DNA from: a phage
Sequence record: PZ445554.1
Reading direction: 5' to 3' (one strand)
DNA length: 64,000 nucleotides
The notes beneath the pieces are model-generated. The model did no database searches. It saw nothing but the letters and a program-made list of their open reading frames with translations, and was not told the DNA's origin. This document shows positions 9,361-18,808 of the stretch, in pieces. A program made the position numbers and the translations under genes. Numbering within the stretch: the stretch's first letter is position 1; the number at the start of each line of letters is the position of its first letter.

Positions 9361-9576
9361 TTAAGCCTTTTTATCAAGAACAGAATTCAGCTTGTTAGTA
9401 ATTTTATCCAGACGCTCATTGAACTCACTAGAAGATAAGCCCTTTTCTGGAGAAATCAAACTAATCACGAAAAATATAGCAATAAAAGGAATAAGGAAAA
9501 TAGCTCCAACTGCCATAAACAGAAAGAATGTTACAGTTGTAAGAAAATCAGCTAAACCTTTACGAAATTTATACAT
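9361..9576 (-). CDS. small membrane protein
   Basis: 71 aa; hydrophobic stretch TVTFFLFMAVGAIFLIPFIAIFFVISLI. Confidence 0.5.
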   Translation of the reverse strand: MYKFRKGLADFLTTVTFFLFMAVGAIFLIPFIAIFFVISLISPEKGLSSSEFNERLDKITNKLNSVLDKKA

Positions 9577-9691
9577 ATTTTACCCTTAATTAATTAACCA
9601 AGCATTGATAAGCACTAAACTATATTGGGAATAAAATTCTGGACCAAAATGAAAAATCATATCATTTATAGTATCCATAATATAATTCAAT

Positions 9692-10162
9692 TTAATCATG
9701 TTTCCACACCCCATCGGTATTTGACCAAAGCCGCTGATTATCTGATCCTCGCCACAGCTTTTTAGTCGGAAGATTTTTCTCATACTTCCCATCAATAATA
9801 ACATCAACATATTTAAGCATTTCTAGTTGTTTAATATCTTCAAACTTATATCCTGTCCACAACCAAATGCTTTTATTGGGATAAAGATTTTTTACTGTTT
9901 GAACGATGCAATGAATAACATCTCGGTTATCAGGATAGAGAGGGTCTCCTCCAGTTATAGTTAATCCTTCTATATAATCATTATTCAAACATTCAATTAA
10001 TTGTTCTAGTGTTTCACCAGTGAATGGAATACCATTTCTAGCATTCCATGTTGATTTATTATAACACCCTTCACATTTATGCAAACAACCTGTAACGAAA
10101 AGAACGACCCTGCAACCAGGGCCATTCACAAAATCACAAGGATAAAATCTATCATAATTCAT
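9692..10162 (-). CDS. nrdG: anaerobic ribonucleotide reductase activating protein (radical SAM)
   Basis: 156 aa; CLHKCEGCYN radical-SAM cysteine cluster; 4-nt overlap with nrdD. Confidence 0.9.
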   Translation of the reverse strand: MNYDRFYPCDFVNGPGCRVVLFVTGCLHKCEGCYNKSTWNARNGIPFTGETLEQLIECLNNDYIEGLTITGGDPLYPDNRDVIHCIVQTVKNLYPNKSIWLWTGYKFEDIKQLEMLKYVDVIIDGKYEKNLPTKKLWRGSDNQRLWSNTDGVWKHD

Positions 10163-11976
10163 TGATGCTTAACCCTATGCATGATTTCTTTATTTTTACC
10201 GAGATTAAATCCGCGTTCGTTAGGATTTCCCAAATAACCACATGTTCTTCTTATTGTGTTCATCTTTTTAGGATCAGTTTCTCCACAAATAGAACAAACA
10301 AATCCGTTTTCAGTAGGAGTCATTTCATGGGTACTTCCGCATGTAAAACATTTATCTACCGGCATGTTAACACCAAAATAATCTAAATGTTGTGCAGCAT
10401 AATCCCATACGGCCTCAAGACCCTTTAAGTTATTTTTCATATCAGGAAGTTCAACATAAGAAATGTGACCACCTGTCGCAATGAAATGATATGGCGCTTC
10501 ACGAGAAATCTTTTCAAACGGAGTAATATTTTCTTCTACTGAGACATGGAAACTGTTAGTGTACCAGCCTTTATCGGTAACATCTTTTACGCTTCCATAT
10601 TTTTCTGTATCGAGTTTACAGAAGCGATAACAAAGGTTTTCAGCAGGAGTCGAATATAAACTAAAAGCAAATCCGGTTCTTTCAGTCCACTGTTTAAGAT
10701 GAGCATTCATTTTAGTTAAAATTTCTCGTCCAATATCACGACCGACAAGAATATTCAATTCGTGAATACCAATGTATCCTAAAGACACTGAACTTCTACC
10801 GTTTTTAAATAACTCAATTATGTCGTCATCAGGTTTAAGACGAACCCCAAATGCACCTTCTTGGTAAAGAATAGGAGCAACAGTAGCTTTAACTCCTTTT
10901 AAGGAACTAATTCTACACATCAAAGCTTCAAAACATAAATCCATTCGTTCATTGAATAATTCAACAAATTTCTGTTCATTGAACTGTGTTCCAATATAAG
11001 AATCTAACGCGATGCGAGGAAGATTCAATGTTACAACACCAAGATTATTACGTCCATCAAGAATTTCATTGCCAGTCGAATCTTTCCATACGCTCAAGAA
11101 ACTACGGCAACCCATTGGAGAAACAGGAACAGATGAACCAGTGATAGCTTTATTATTCTTAGCTGAAATAATATCAGGATACATTCTTTTGCTTGCACAC
11201 TCTAGAGCAAGCTGCTTAATATCATAGTTCGGATCGTCTTTATAAAGATTAACACCTTCTTCAACGAACATAACAAGCTTAGGGAAAATAGGAGTTATCC
11301 CATCACGACCAAGACCTTTAATACGATTTTTCAGAATTGCTTTCTGAATCATTCGTTCAGTCCAGTCAGTTCCCGTACCAAATGTAATTGTTACAAAAGG
11401 AGTCTGTCCGTTTGAACTAAAGAGAGTATTTACTTCATATTCATAAGCTTGGAATGCATCGTATACGTCTTTTTCTGTTTTAGATTGAGCATAATTCAAC
11501 GCATCAGCGATTTGCCATTTTTCTGCATCCTCAATATGTTTTGCATAGGTGCGTTTAACATAAGGAGAAAGTACTTTATCTACATTCGCAAAAGTCGTTC
11601 CGCCGTATTGGTGAGAAGCAACCTGTGCAGTAATTTGTGCCATAATTGCAGTAGCAACGCCAATTGATTTAGGAGTTTCAATCTGTGCATTACCAAGCTT
11701 AAATCCGTTCTCAAGCATTCCTTTTAAATCTACTAAACAGCAATTAGTAAATGGAAGAGCAGGGGAATAATCAATATCATGGAAATGAATAATTCCGCTT
11801 TCATGCGCTTTCATAATAAAAGACGGGACCATATTTTTGGCAATGTGTTTAGACACAATACCAGCCATAAGGTCCCGTTGAGTTGGAAAAACACGAGAAT
11901 CTTTATTAGCATTCTCGTTTAAAAGGTCTTTATTAGTTTTATGAATCAATCCTTCAATTTCTTTTTCAATTGTCAT
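10159..11976 (-). CDS. nrdD: anaerobic ribonucleoside-triphosphate reductase (glycyl radical enzyme)
   Basis: 605 aa; C-terminal glycyl-radical motif RTCGYLG and Zn-ribbon cysteines (CFTCGS...CSICG); one uninterrupted ORF. Confidence 0.95.
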   Translation of the reverse strand: MTIEKEIEGLIHKTNKDLLNENANKDSRVFPTQRDLMAGIVSKHIAKNMVPSFIMKAHESGIIHFHDIDYSPALPFTNCCLVDLKGMLENGFKLGNAQIETPKSIGVATAIMAQITAQVASHQYGGTTFANVDKVLSPYVKRTYAKHIEDAEKWQIADALNYAQSKTEKDVYDAFQAYEYEVNTLFSSNGQTPFVTITFGTGTDWTERMIQKAILKNRIKGLGRDGITPIFPKLVMFVEEGVNLYKDDPNYDIKQLALECASKRMYPDIISAKNNKAITGSSVPVSPMGCRSFLSVWKDSTGNEILDGRNNLGVVTLNLPRIALDSYIGTQFNEQKFVELFNERMDLCFEALMCRISSLKGVKATVAPILYQEGAFGVRLKPDDDIIELFKNGRSSVSLGYIGIHELNILVGRDIGREILTKMNAHLKQWTERTGFAFSLYSTPAENLCYRFCKLDTEKYGSVKDVTDKGWYTNSFHVSVEENITPFEKISREAPYHFIATGGHISYVELPDMKNNLKGLEAVWDYAAQHLDYFGVNMPVDKCFTCGSTHEMTPTENGFVCSICGETDPKKMNTIRRTCGYLGNPNERGFNLGKNKEIMHRVKHQ

Positions 11977-12446
11977 TTTAAACTCTTTCTAAGCTGCTTC
12001 TTAAATGAAGCTATTAACTGTGTTTTGGTGTCAGATTCATTATATTCAAATCCTCTTTGAAGCATCTCGGCCATCATTTCCTCTTTTCCTAAACGAGAAA
12101 ATTCCTTTGATTTATCTCCAACAAAGTTAGGGTGAATATTATTTTGGGTGTAATCGGATTTTAAATAAGTAAGTAAATTTTCTAACCATTCAAGATAATC
12201 AACACCTTGTCCCTTTAAGCCAGAACGATTAAATTTGTGCTTCATTTGACCTTCTGCGGCATTGCAGAGATTACAAAGCAATCCACGTACCTTTCCTGCT
12301 TTTGGTCCATTTAATTCATGGTCATGATCAAGATGATTAGCTTGAACATCAGGATTTAGTTCTCGTTGGCAAATTAAGCATTTACCGTTTTGTGCATTAT
12401 AAAATTTCTGTTTTTCTTCTTTGTATAATTTGCCAGTCAATAACAT
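11973..12446 (-). CDS. 49: endonuclease VII (Holliday junction resolvase)
   Basis: 157 aa; MLLTGKLYKEEKQKFY... with CLIC..HLDHDH..CNLCN zinc/HNH-like motifs, recognised as T4 gp49. Confidence 0.93.
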   Translation of the reverse strand: MLLTGKLYKEEKQKFYNAQNGKCLICQRELNPDVQANHLDHDHELNGPKAGKVRGLLCNLCNAAEGQMKHKFNRSGLKGQGVDYLEWLENLLTYLKSDYTQNNIHPNFVGDKSKEFSRLGKEEMMAEMLQRGFEYNESDTKTQLIASFKKQLRKSLK

Positions 12447-12454
12447 AATAAAAC

Positions 12455-12490
12455 CCTTACCTTAAATAGATAAGGGTATTTATTATTTTT
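12455..12490 (-). promoter_or_regulatory. RBS-sequestering hairpin upstream of gene 49
   Basis: Inverted repeat ACCCTTA..TAAGGGT encloses the gene 49 Shine-Dalgarno; matches known T4 gene 49 translational control. Confidence 0.4.
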
Positions 12491-12665
12491 AAGTATTGTA
12501 AAACATTCGATGCAATCGTTTATACTGTCGAATCATCTTTTTAGTAGGACGAGAATAGGTTCCTACGCAAGTGGTCATATGAGGGTCCGTAGAATGTCCT
12601 TTAATAAAAAGTTTCCAAACCTTACCGCCATTTAACTTTTCAGTATAAACCAATTCGGTTTTCAT
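12489..12665 (-). CDS. small ORF (58 aa) whose C-terminal 15 aa duplicate the pin C-terminus
   Basis: Hand-translated MKTELVYTEKLNGGKVWKLFIKGHSTDPHMTTCVGTYSRPTKKMIRQYKRLHRMFYNT; AAGG RBS; last 46 nt are a ~89% copy of the pin 3' end. Confidence 0.35.
   Translation of the reverse strand: MKTELVYTEKLNGGKVWKLFIKGHSTDPHMTTCVGTYSRPTKKMIRQYKRLHRMFYNT
12491..12536. repeat. 46-nt imperfect direct repeat, copy A (copy B at 12707-12752 is the pin 3' end)
   Basis: 41/46 identical; 4 of 5 differences synonymous in the encoded MIRQYKRLH(Q/R)MFYNT. Confidence 0.8.
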
Positions 12666-12676
12666 TAAAATGCCTT

Positions 12677-12779
12677 GTCAGAAAAAGAATTTTGAGTTTT
12701 TTTTTTCAAGTATTATAAAACATTTGATGCAATCGCTTATATTGCCGAATCATTTGGTCAGAAAAAGAATTTTGAGTTT
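12677..12779. repeat. perfect 23-nt direct repeat pair (12677-12699 and 12757-12779)
   Basis: GTCAGAAAAAGAATTTTGAGTTT occurs twice, flanking copy B of the 46-nt repeat; second copy encodes ETQNSFSD of pin. Confidence 0.85.
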
Positions 12780-13191
12780 CAAGCCATTCAATATATTCTG
12801 CCGCAGCTTGCATCAGGTTACCTTCATAATCATCAATATCTTTTTTCAATGCCACTTTAGCTAATGCATATGAAATACGTTCACCTTGAAAAGCGGCTTT
12901 AGGCTTCTGAACATCTTGGCTAGTTCTCTCTACAACTTCCTCGATTTCACCATTTTCAACGGATTCAGTATTCCACAAACACCAATACGTAATTGGCTTA
13001 TCATAGATGTTAATAATCTTTCCGTCGGAAAGTTCAATTTCAATAATTCCAGTGTCAGGCTCTATATCATCTTCACATTCTTTTGCAAGTTCACGAACTT
13101 TAAAGACAGTACCTGCACTAAGTTCCGGCCAGTAATTACATAGCCCTGTATCAACACGATTAATTCTAAACCACTTATCTACTGTAATCAT
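12706..13191 (-). CDS. pin: protease inhibitor Pin-like protein
   Basis: 161 aa from internal Met (MITVDKWF...) with GGAG RBS; position between 49 and nrdC as in T4. Confidence 0.7.
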   Translation of the reverse strand: MITVDKWFRINRVDTGLCNYWPELSAGTVFKVRELAKECEDDIEPDTGIIEIELSDGKIINIYDKPITYWCLWNTESVENGEIEEVVERTSQDVQKPKAAFQGERISYALAKVALKKDIDDYEGNLMQAAAEYIEWLETQNSFSDQMIRQYKRLHQMFYNT

Positions 13192-13314
13192 GTCCCATCT
13201 CCATATCAATTAAGTCATTTATCGTTGGTTCATTATATACTGTTTCTTCATCAGTGTAAACCGGTTCTTCCGGCTCTGGCTCTACAGTTTCCCATCTAGC
13301 CGCCCACCAAGGTT

Positions 13315-13635
13315 TTATAGCGTAATCCATTCTCGTACTGTCTGAGTTACTACACGTTCTCGAAGCTCAACCAGTTCAACGGTAGGAACTGCATAATACC
13401 AGTCAGAATGGTAAGAACCTGAGCGAGATTCATTTACAGCCACATGTACATTATGTTTTGGACTAAAATAAACACACTGACGATATTGGCATTTACCATC
13501 TTGCACCCAGTCTTCTATTTCGATAGGTTTAAGATAGTCGGAAAAATCGAAATCATAGTTTTCCGAAAATGCATCATGGTCTTCGATGATTTCACTCAGA
13601 ACTGCATCAACATCTAATTTATTTTCAATAGTCAT
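13315..13635 (-). CDS. hypothetical protein
   Basis: 106-aa acidic ORF. Confidence 0.5.
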   Translation of the reverse strand: MTIENKLDVDAVLSEIIEDHDAFSENYDFDFSDYLKPIEIEDWVQDGKCQYRQCVYFSPKHNVHVAVNESRSGSYHSDWYYAVPTVELVELRERVVTQTVREWITL

Positions 13636-13646
13636 TTTTTCACCAA

Positions 13647-13856
13647 TTAATTTCGCAATTTATTAAGTTCTTCATAATCAATCCAGGATTCTAATCCTGA
13701 TGGCAAATCAGATTCAATTTCCCACAGAAGTTCTTCAATTTTATGAAGACGATCTAATTCTTCAGCTGGAATAGTAACCATTGATGGAGCTCTTGATACA
13801 CTAATATCGTAAATCATATTTACCCCAGTTTGACCATACAATCGCCGTATTTCCAC
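13647..13856 (-). CDS. hypothetical protein
   Basis: 69-aa ORF. Confidence 0.5.
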   Translation of the reverse strand: MEIRRLYGQTGVNMIYDISVSRAPSMVTIPAEELDRLHKIEELLWEIESDLPSGLESWIDYEELNKLRN

Positions 13857-14035
13857 TTAGAAATAGACTTTTCGCCGTTAGAATAATAAACTTCGAGTTT
13901 AGCACGATTATTTTTAATTTGAATAACCTTGGCTGTCATTAAAGTTCCATACCCATAGTAAACTGCAACTTCATCACCTACATATACCGCGCTTCCGCGG
14001 TAATCATGGATATAATCAGTTCCTTCGAGCATCAT
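13820..14035 (-). CDS. hypothetical protein
   Basis: 71-aa ORF; 4-nt overlap with nrdC. Confidence 0.5.
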   Translation of the reverse strand: MMLEGTDYIHDYRGSAVYVGDEVAVYYGYGTLMTAKVIQIKNNRAKLEVYYSNGEKSISKWKYGDCMVKLG

Positions 14036-14295
14036 TTAAAGTATTCCCGCAATTGGTCAAATCCACCAATATGACTTCCATCAGGAGCAAATACCTGAGG
14101 CATTGTCAAGCCAATTTGAGTATCACGACCTAGTTTAGTCAGAAGCTCAGCAATTTTCTCATCGTCAAAAACACCTTTTTCCGGCATAATGTTGATAAAC
14201 TCAAACGGCTGTTTCTTCACGGTCAAAAGACGTTTTGCATTATCGCAATACACACATTTATGGATGTTGCTATCATAACCATATACTTTAAACAT
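14032..14295 (-). CDS. nrdC: glutaredoxin/thioredoxin NrdC
   Basis: 87 aa; MFKVYGYDSNIHKCVYCDNAKRLL with CVYC active site, recognised as T4 NrdC. Confidence 0.9.
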   Translation of the reverse strand: MFKVYGYDSNIHKCVYCDNAKRLLTVKKQPFEFINIMPEKGVFDDEKIAELLTKLGRDTQIGLTMPQVFAPDGSHIGGFDQLREYFK

Positions 14296-14296
14296 A

Positions 14297-14554
14297 TTAT
14301 TCCTTAATTCCTAGTACTTGTTTAAAAGTCTCGTCGTAATCAAGACTTTGACCCGTTTGTTCTTTATGTTTGTATATAATATCACTTACTTCTGATAGCA
14401 TATTTTTATATGAACGAGTTAAAGCAGATTTAAGCACGCTGTATCTATCAGGAAATTTACCGTGTTCATTATAATAAGCTATTGCTAATTCACGGACTGC
14501 CTTTTCGGCAGTCTCCATATATTCTTTACGCTTGGTCATTTTCTTCTCGGTCAA
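14297..14554 (-). CDS. hypothetical protein
   Basis: 85-aa ORF. Confidence 0.5.
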
Positions 14555-14840
14555 ATCGGTGTTTACAATGGCGACATTTATAACGAAGATTATTAGTCTG
14601 CCAATGGACTAATTGCACCTGTTCAGTTCCACATTCAGGGCAATTAGGAACGTTTTTAGAAGCACGTTCGCGGCGTTCAACCATGACCATTACAGAATCC
14701 CAATTAATAGGGCTGCTATAATCATCACAACCATGAATCTTTCCACGCATTTCCAGATCGTCTTCTTCACCAGCCATAATAATTTTAATTAGACTAGAAT
14801 TACTTGAAGCTGCAATGTCTTCTAATAGACGCTTTTTCAT
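14526..14840 (-). CDS. hypothetical zinc-ribbon protein
   Basis: 104 aa; CPECG...CRHCKH four-cysteine motif near C-terminus. Confidence 0.5.
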
Positions 14841-15766
14841 TTCAATACCTCAATAGCATTACGTAAACCATTTGCTTTTGCATTAAGAGCTTTTAACAAT
14901 TTGGTGTGTTCTTCAATTTGGGCTTCAACTTCAATCAAACGAGCATTGAGATATTCACGTTCTTCGCTCAAGTTATCAACCTTTTCTACTTTAGGTTCTT
15001 TTACAACTGGCTTATACGTATTAGGGTTCTTCAGTTTAATTAGAATGCGTGAACTGTATAACATTGAACCATTATCTTCGGTTTCATCATGCATTTCTAC
15101 TACGTCCATGATTTTTAACATCATGCGAAGTTTATAAGACAACGAACGAATAGTTTTGTTGTGCTTATTAATTTCTCTAGCTGTCATGGTGCCGAGATTA
15201 CGTGAGTAATAATAAGGAACCTGGATATTAATTAATACTGATGAACCACCTGGCTTGTGTGTTACTTCATCAGCAATAACCCAGTCCTTAACATGAACTG
15301 TATTTGTACGGTCATCGCCCATGGTAAACAGTTTGCGAGCATGCTTAAAAAGCATATTCACTTGAGTATTGAATTGACAAGCAAATTTATCAGCAAATTT
15401 AGTTTCAGGAATGGTAGATAACCAATCAGCCAAATGGGTCTTTTTAACATCGTTAATAATAGTAAATTCAACCAAATCGGTTATAGATGTCGCAGATTTA
15501 ATGAAGCTCGGCTTCATAAAGTTTTTAATGTTATCGCGAGCTACAGTAGAAGATAACATACGAGAACGTTTAAACCATTCAAGCAAATTGCCTAACGAAT
15601 GAGAATAAGCGTTTTGAGTATCTTTACAGATATGATTTTCCTGGCCAACATATTGAAGGAAATCACGAAGAATATTATTGATTACTGCTCTGTGCCCGAT
15701 CTGATAATTACGGTGTTTAGTAATAAGACTGTCAAAATAATCAATATAATGTTTACGAGTTTTCAT
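14837..15766 (-). CDS. hypothetical protein, paralogue family member A (C-terminal coiled-coil)
   Basis: 309 aa; shares FxxxRKLF and KxMDVV motifs with three following ORFs; C-terminal heptad-rich tail. Confidence 0.6.
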   Translation of the reverse strand: MKTRKHYIDYFDSLITKHRNYQIGHRAVINNILRDFLQYVGQENHICKDTQNAYSHSLGNLLEWFKRSRMLSSTVARDNIKNFMKPSFIKSATSITDLVEFTIINDVKKTHLADWLSTIPETKFADKFACQFNTQVNMLFKHARKLFTMGDDRTNTVHVKDWVIADEVTHKPGGSSVLINIQVPYYYSRNLGTMTAREINKHNKTIRSLSYKLRMMLKIMDVVEMHDETEDNGSMLYSSRILIKLKNPNTYKPVVKEPKVEKVDNLSEEREYLNARLIEVEAQIEEHTKLLKALNAKANGLRNAIEVLK

Positions 15767-15818
15767 GTTCTTCTCACTTGGTTAATGGTTTATACTCCGA
15801 GCCATCCTTGGCTTTAAA

Positions 15819-16871
15819 TTACTTAATTAACTGTAAAGCTTGTTCAAGACGATCCAGGCGATTAACAGATTCTTCCCAAATCCTTTTAGCCTGCTCATAT
15901 TCTTTCTGTGCTTTATTAGAAATTTCTAGAACTTCTTTATAAGCTTTTTCTAGTGCAATAACTTCTGGACGAATTTCTATCGGTTCAGGTGAATCGTCAA
16001 GACATTCCATTAGTTCCTCAAGGGTAGTTTCTTCTTTAGGAGTATTCACAATTTCATCACATTTTTGTTGGTAAATTTCTTTATCAGTCGGTGAGTACGC
16101 ACACTTTACTTCACGAAGACTAACTACAATTTTATATCCTTCCCAACCGCATATATTCTTAAAAGGATAAGTATGAATATTTTCTACTGTTTCCATACAA
16201 AGTAATGCAGTCTCTAACTGACGAGTTATATCACTAGCAATTGAGAAAAATTTATTAATGTTCTTTTGATTAGCTTCTGGTGTAAAAAATTCATAATTCA
16301 CAAAAATAGCTACTTTATTTTTATCAAGTTCATATTCTTTTATGATAATCATATCAGAAGCCAAAGGATGAATTTGACGATAATCGCCATAGCATAATTT
16401 AGAAGCTGATTTCAAAATTTGCTTCTTGAAAAGTCTAAAATTACTAACCCAACGACGAGTAAAAATATTCTCAGGGTCTTCTTTAATATTAAGATGATAA
16501 GAATTAACATCACCGAACCAATTGTATCCTACTACATCTTTAGTTCGTTTAATTTCTTTCCCAAATTTACTAAGAATATCTTGATTAACTAAATATGAAA
16601 GAAGACGAGACCCTTTAAAGGTTTCCTTAATATCATCTTTATCTGCACGACTAGAAATTTTATGAACTTCATGAATAAATTTGCTGGAAGAAACAATACT
16701 TGCATCAGTATTATTGAGCCATTGATTGATAATGGAAATAACGCTATTCTGACTAGACATAGGTTTAACTTTATCATCAATAACGCTATTGAATGATTTG
16801 ATATATTCGTTACGAGTCATATTAATCTCCTCAGTAGAAAGTAAGAACATTATACCACATCCTTGTGGCAA
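15819..16871 (-). CDS. hypothetical protein, paralogue family member B
   Basis: 350 aa (probable start MTRNEYIK); WVSNFRLFKKQILKSASKL and LCMETVENIH align with member C; C-terminal coiled-coil. Confidence 0.6.
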   Translation of the reverse strand: MPQGCGIMFLLSTEEINMTRNEYIKSFNSVIDDKVKPMSSQNSVISIINQWLNNTDASIVSSSKFIHEVHKISSRADKDDIKETFKGSRLLSYLVNQDILSKFGKEIKRTKDVVGYNWFGDVNSYHLNIKEDPENIFTRRWVSNFRLFKKQILKSASKLCYGDYRQIHPLASDMIIIKEYELDKNKVAIFVNYEFFTPEANQKNINKFFSIASDITRQLETALLCMETVENIHTYPFKNICGWEGYKIVVSLREVKCAYSPTDKEIYQQKCDEIVNTPKEETTLEELMECLDDSPEPIEIRPEVIALEKAYKEVLEISNKAQKEYEQAKRIWEESVNRLDRLEQALQLIK

Positions 16872-16877
16872 AGTAAA

Positions 16878-17897
16878 CTAGTTCAGTGCATTTAGTGCAT
16901 TATTCAGTTTAGAACGTTGCTTTGCCAGATTTTGAACCCTTGACTGAGCTTGTTCTAACACCTTTTCAGCTTCTAGCACTTCATTGGTCGCTTTAACGAG
17001 TTCATCATCTACTGCCTTGATAGACTTCTCAATCGCATCCGCGTGCCATTTTTCAACGGGTTTAAGACTCGGATTTTCAACAGGAAGAAAATTCACTTTA
17101 TTGAATTTCCATGCATCTTTATTACCTGAACTATACATCCAAAATTTAGGATCGTTTGATGAGTAATTAGATAAATTTAAGTTATCTTGCACTTCTTGCT
17201 TTTTCTCTTGCGGGACTTCGTCCTTTCTCAAAAAATCGTATTTAAATGAAACGACCATATCAAGTTCATATGTTGTTGTATGTTCCCAATTTCGCTCAAA
17301 ACGAGGTAAAATCTTAGAATGAACAGCGGCAACAACATCCATATACTTAAATGCTTCTGTCAACTGCGATTTAAGGCATTCACAAATTGAAAGAGAATTT
17401 TTTGTATTAGGTTTAAAGCTAATTCGCGCAGTTCTATTATTTTCTTTTAATGGTCTTACTTCCATCTGAAGAGTATAACCATCAAATTTCAGGTTCTTTA
17501 AGTTAATGTCAGAACCTTTTAATCGACTAGCCGTCGACAAAATTTGCTTTAATTGTTTACGGAATAGAGCAATAAATCTCCATTCAATACGATAATGATT
17601 TGGATTGAAAAATCCAGATGATAAATCGACCTTACTCTGACCAACACCTTGAACAAATAGAGGATTTTTATAATCAATAGTTTTACAGAAATCGGTGAGC
17701 TGCTCACGAGCAGTCATTTGTGTAATATACCCCGCTTTACTAAAATGACGTAATAATTCACTGCTATTTAGATATTTAAAGTGAATAGCACGATTAACTT
17801 TATCAGGGTCTAAATTATTTTCACACAAAAATGTCATAACATTACGAGTATCGCTGCCAGTACGAACCATATCTTCAATTTGAGAACGAGTTTTCAT
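16878..17897 (-). CDS. hypothetical protein, paralogue family member C
   Basis: 339 aa; EWRFIALFRKQLKQILSTASRL and FKYMDVVAAVH align with members A/B; C-terminal coiled-coil. Confidence 0.6.
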   Translation of the reverse strand: MKTRSQIEDMVRTGSDTRNVMTFLCENNLDPDKVNRAIHFKYLNSSELLRHFSKAGYITQMTAREQLTDFCKTIDYKNPLFVQGVGQSKVDLSSGFFNPNHYRIEWRFIALFRKQLKQILSTASRLKGSDINLKNLKFDGYTLQMEVRPLKENNRTARISFKPNTKNSLSICECLKSQLTEAFKYMDVVAAVHSKILPRFERNWEHTTTYELDMVVSFKYDFLRKDEVPQEKKQEVQDNLNLSNYSSNDPKFWMYSSGNKDAWKFNKVNFLPVENPSLKPVEKWHADAIEKSIKAVDDELVKATNEVLEAEKVLEQAQSRVQNLAKQRSKLNNALNALN

Positions 17898-17905
17898 GGT
17901 GTTCC

Positions 17906-18808
17906 TTAAGATTTAAGTAAATCAACAATTTTAATTAACTTTTCACGCTCAGATTTAGCTTTACTACTCAGTCCAGATAGTCTGAAAATTTCATCATCAT
18001 ATTGTTGAATAGAAATATTCAGCTCTTCAATCTGTTTATTAAAATAATCAATTTGTTCAGAATGTTTTTCGTTACTACGAAATGGTACAGGTTTTGTAGG
18101 CAATTTAGTTGAATTGGATTCATCCGGGCGATAAATTAAAATACAACTTGAACCAATCGGACATTTAGCACCAGATGAATATTCTAACGTTCCAGCTTCT
18201 TTTAAAACTTCAAAAGCTAAACAGAGATGATGCCCCATATTGACATAATCTGTAGAGCGAGCTCTGATATAATAATCATCGCCGCGAATACTAAATTTAA
18301 AGCATTTAAGGTCTTCTGTATTATTGGTCTTAAAAATCATTTGTTTATCTAGACCTTTAGCTAATCGAGCGCCTAATGCTAATAATCGTCGTTGATTTTC
18401 CCACAAATCCGCAATCATTTGATCGAATGATAATTTCGGCATTAGTCGACCATAAAGGTCATATCCTTTATTATAATTGCGAAGGATTTCACTCGCATTA
18501 ATACGAGACAACGCTCCAATTTTATTAAGGGCTTTCATGATGCGATTAGATAAACCCATTCCAGACCCGTTTGTTCGTTGTAAATGTTTATCTAATCCAA
18601 ACCCAATATCAACTTTAAATTTATCTAAAATTTCAGCATGAACATCTCTGTCAATAACATTCAAATCCAAAGTTGGGTTAAATCTATGAAAAAATTTATC
18701 TGGCTCTCCACGACGAAGTACAGTCCATTCATTTAATTTTTTATTAACTAAAGATTTAATTACTGCGTTGACATTATTAATTACTACTGACATATTTTCC
18801 TCACTCAA
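17906..18808 (-). CDS. hypothetical protein, probable paralogue family member D
   Basis: 300 aa; similar size and C-terminal coiled-coil; weaker similarity. Confidence 0.55.
   Translation of the reverse strand: MSEENMSVVINNVNAVIKSLVNKKLNEWTVLRRGEPDKFFHRFNPTLDLNVIDRDVHAEILDKFKVDIGFGLDKHLQRTNGSGMGLSNRIMKALNKIGALSRINASEILRNYNKGYDLYGRLMPKLSFDQMIADLWENQRRLLALGARLAKGLDKQMIFKTNNTEDLKCFKFSIRGDDYYIRARSTDYVNMGHHLCLAFEVLKEAGTLEYSSGAKCPIGSSCILIYRPDESNSTKLPTKPVPFRSNEKHSEQIDYFNKQIEELNISIQQYDDEIFRLSGLSSKAKSEREKLIKIVDLLKS

Noticed and set aside
9586-9810. 74-aa minus-strand ORF
   Set aside because: Overlaps the 3' part of nrdG in another frame.
10159-11976. Group I intron or homing endonuclease inside nrdD
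   Set aside because: The 605-aa reductase frame is continuous with no stop or insertion, so no intron is present; internal plus-strand ORFs (10162..10386, 11012..11227, 11449..11667) are antisense artefacts.
12670-13143. Plus-strand ORFs 12670..12864 and 12886..13143
   Set aside because: Antisense to pin; low-complexity hydrophobic translations.
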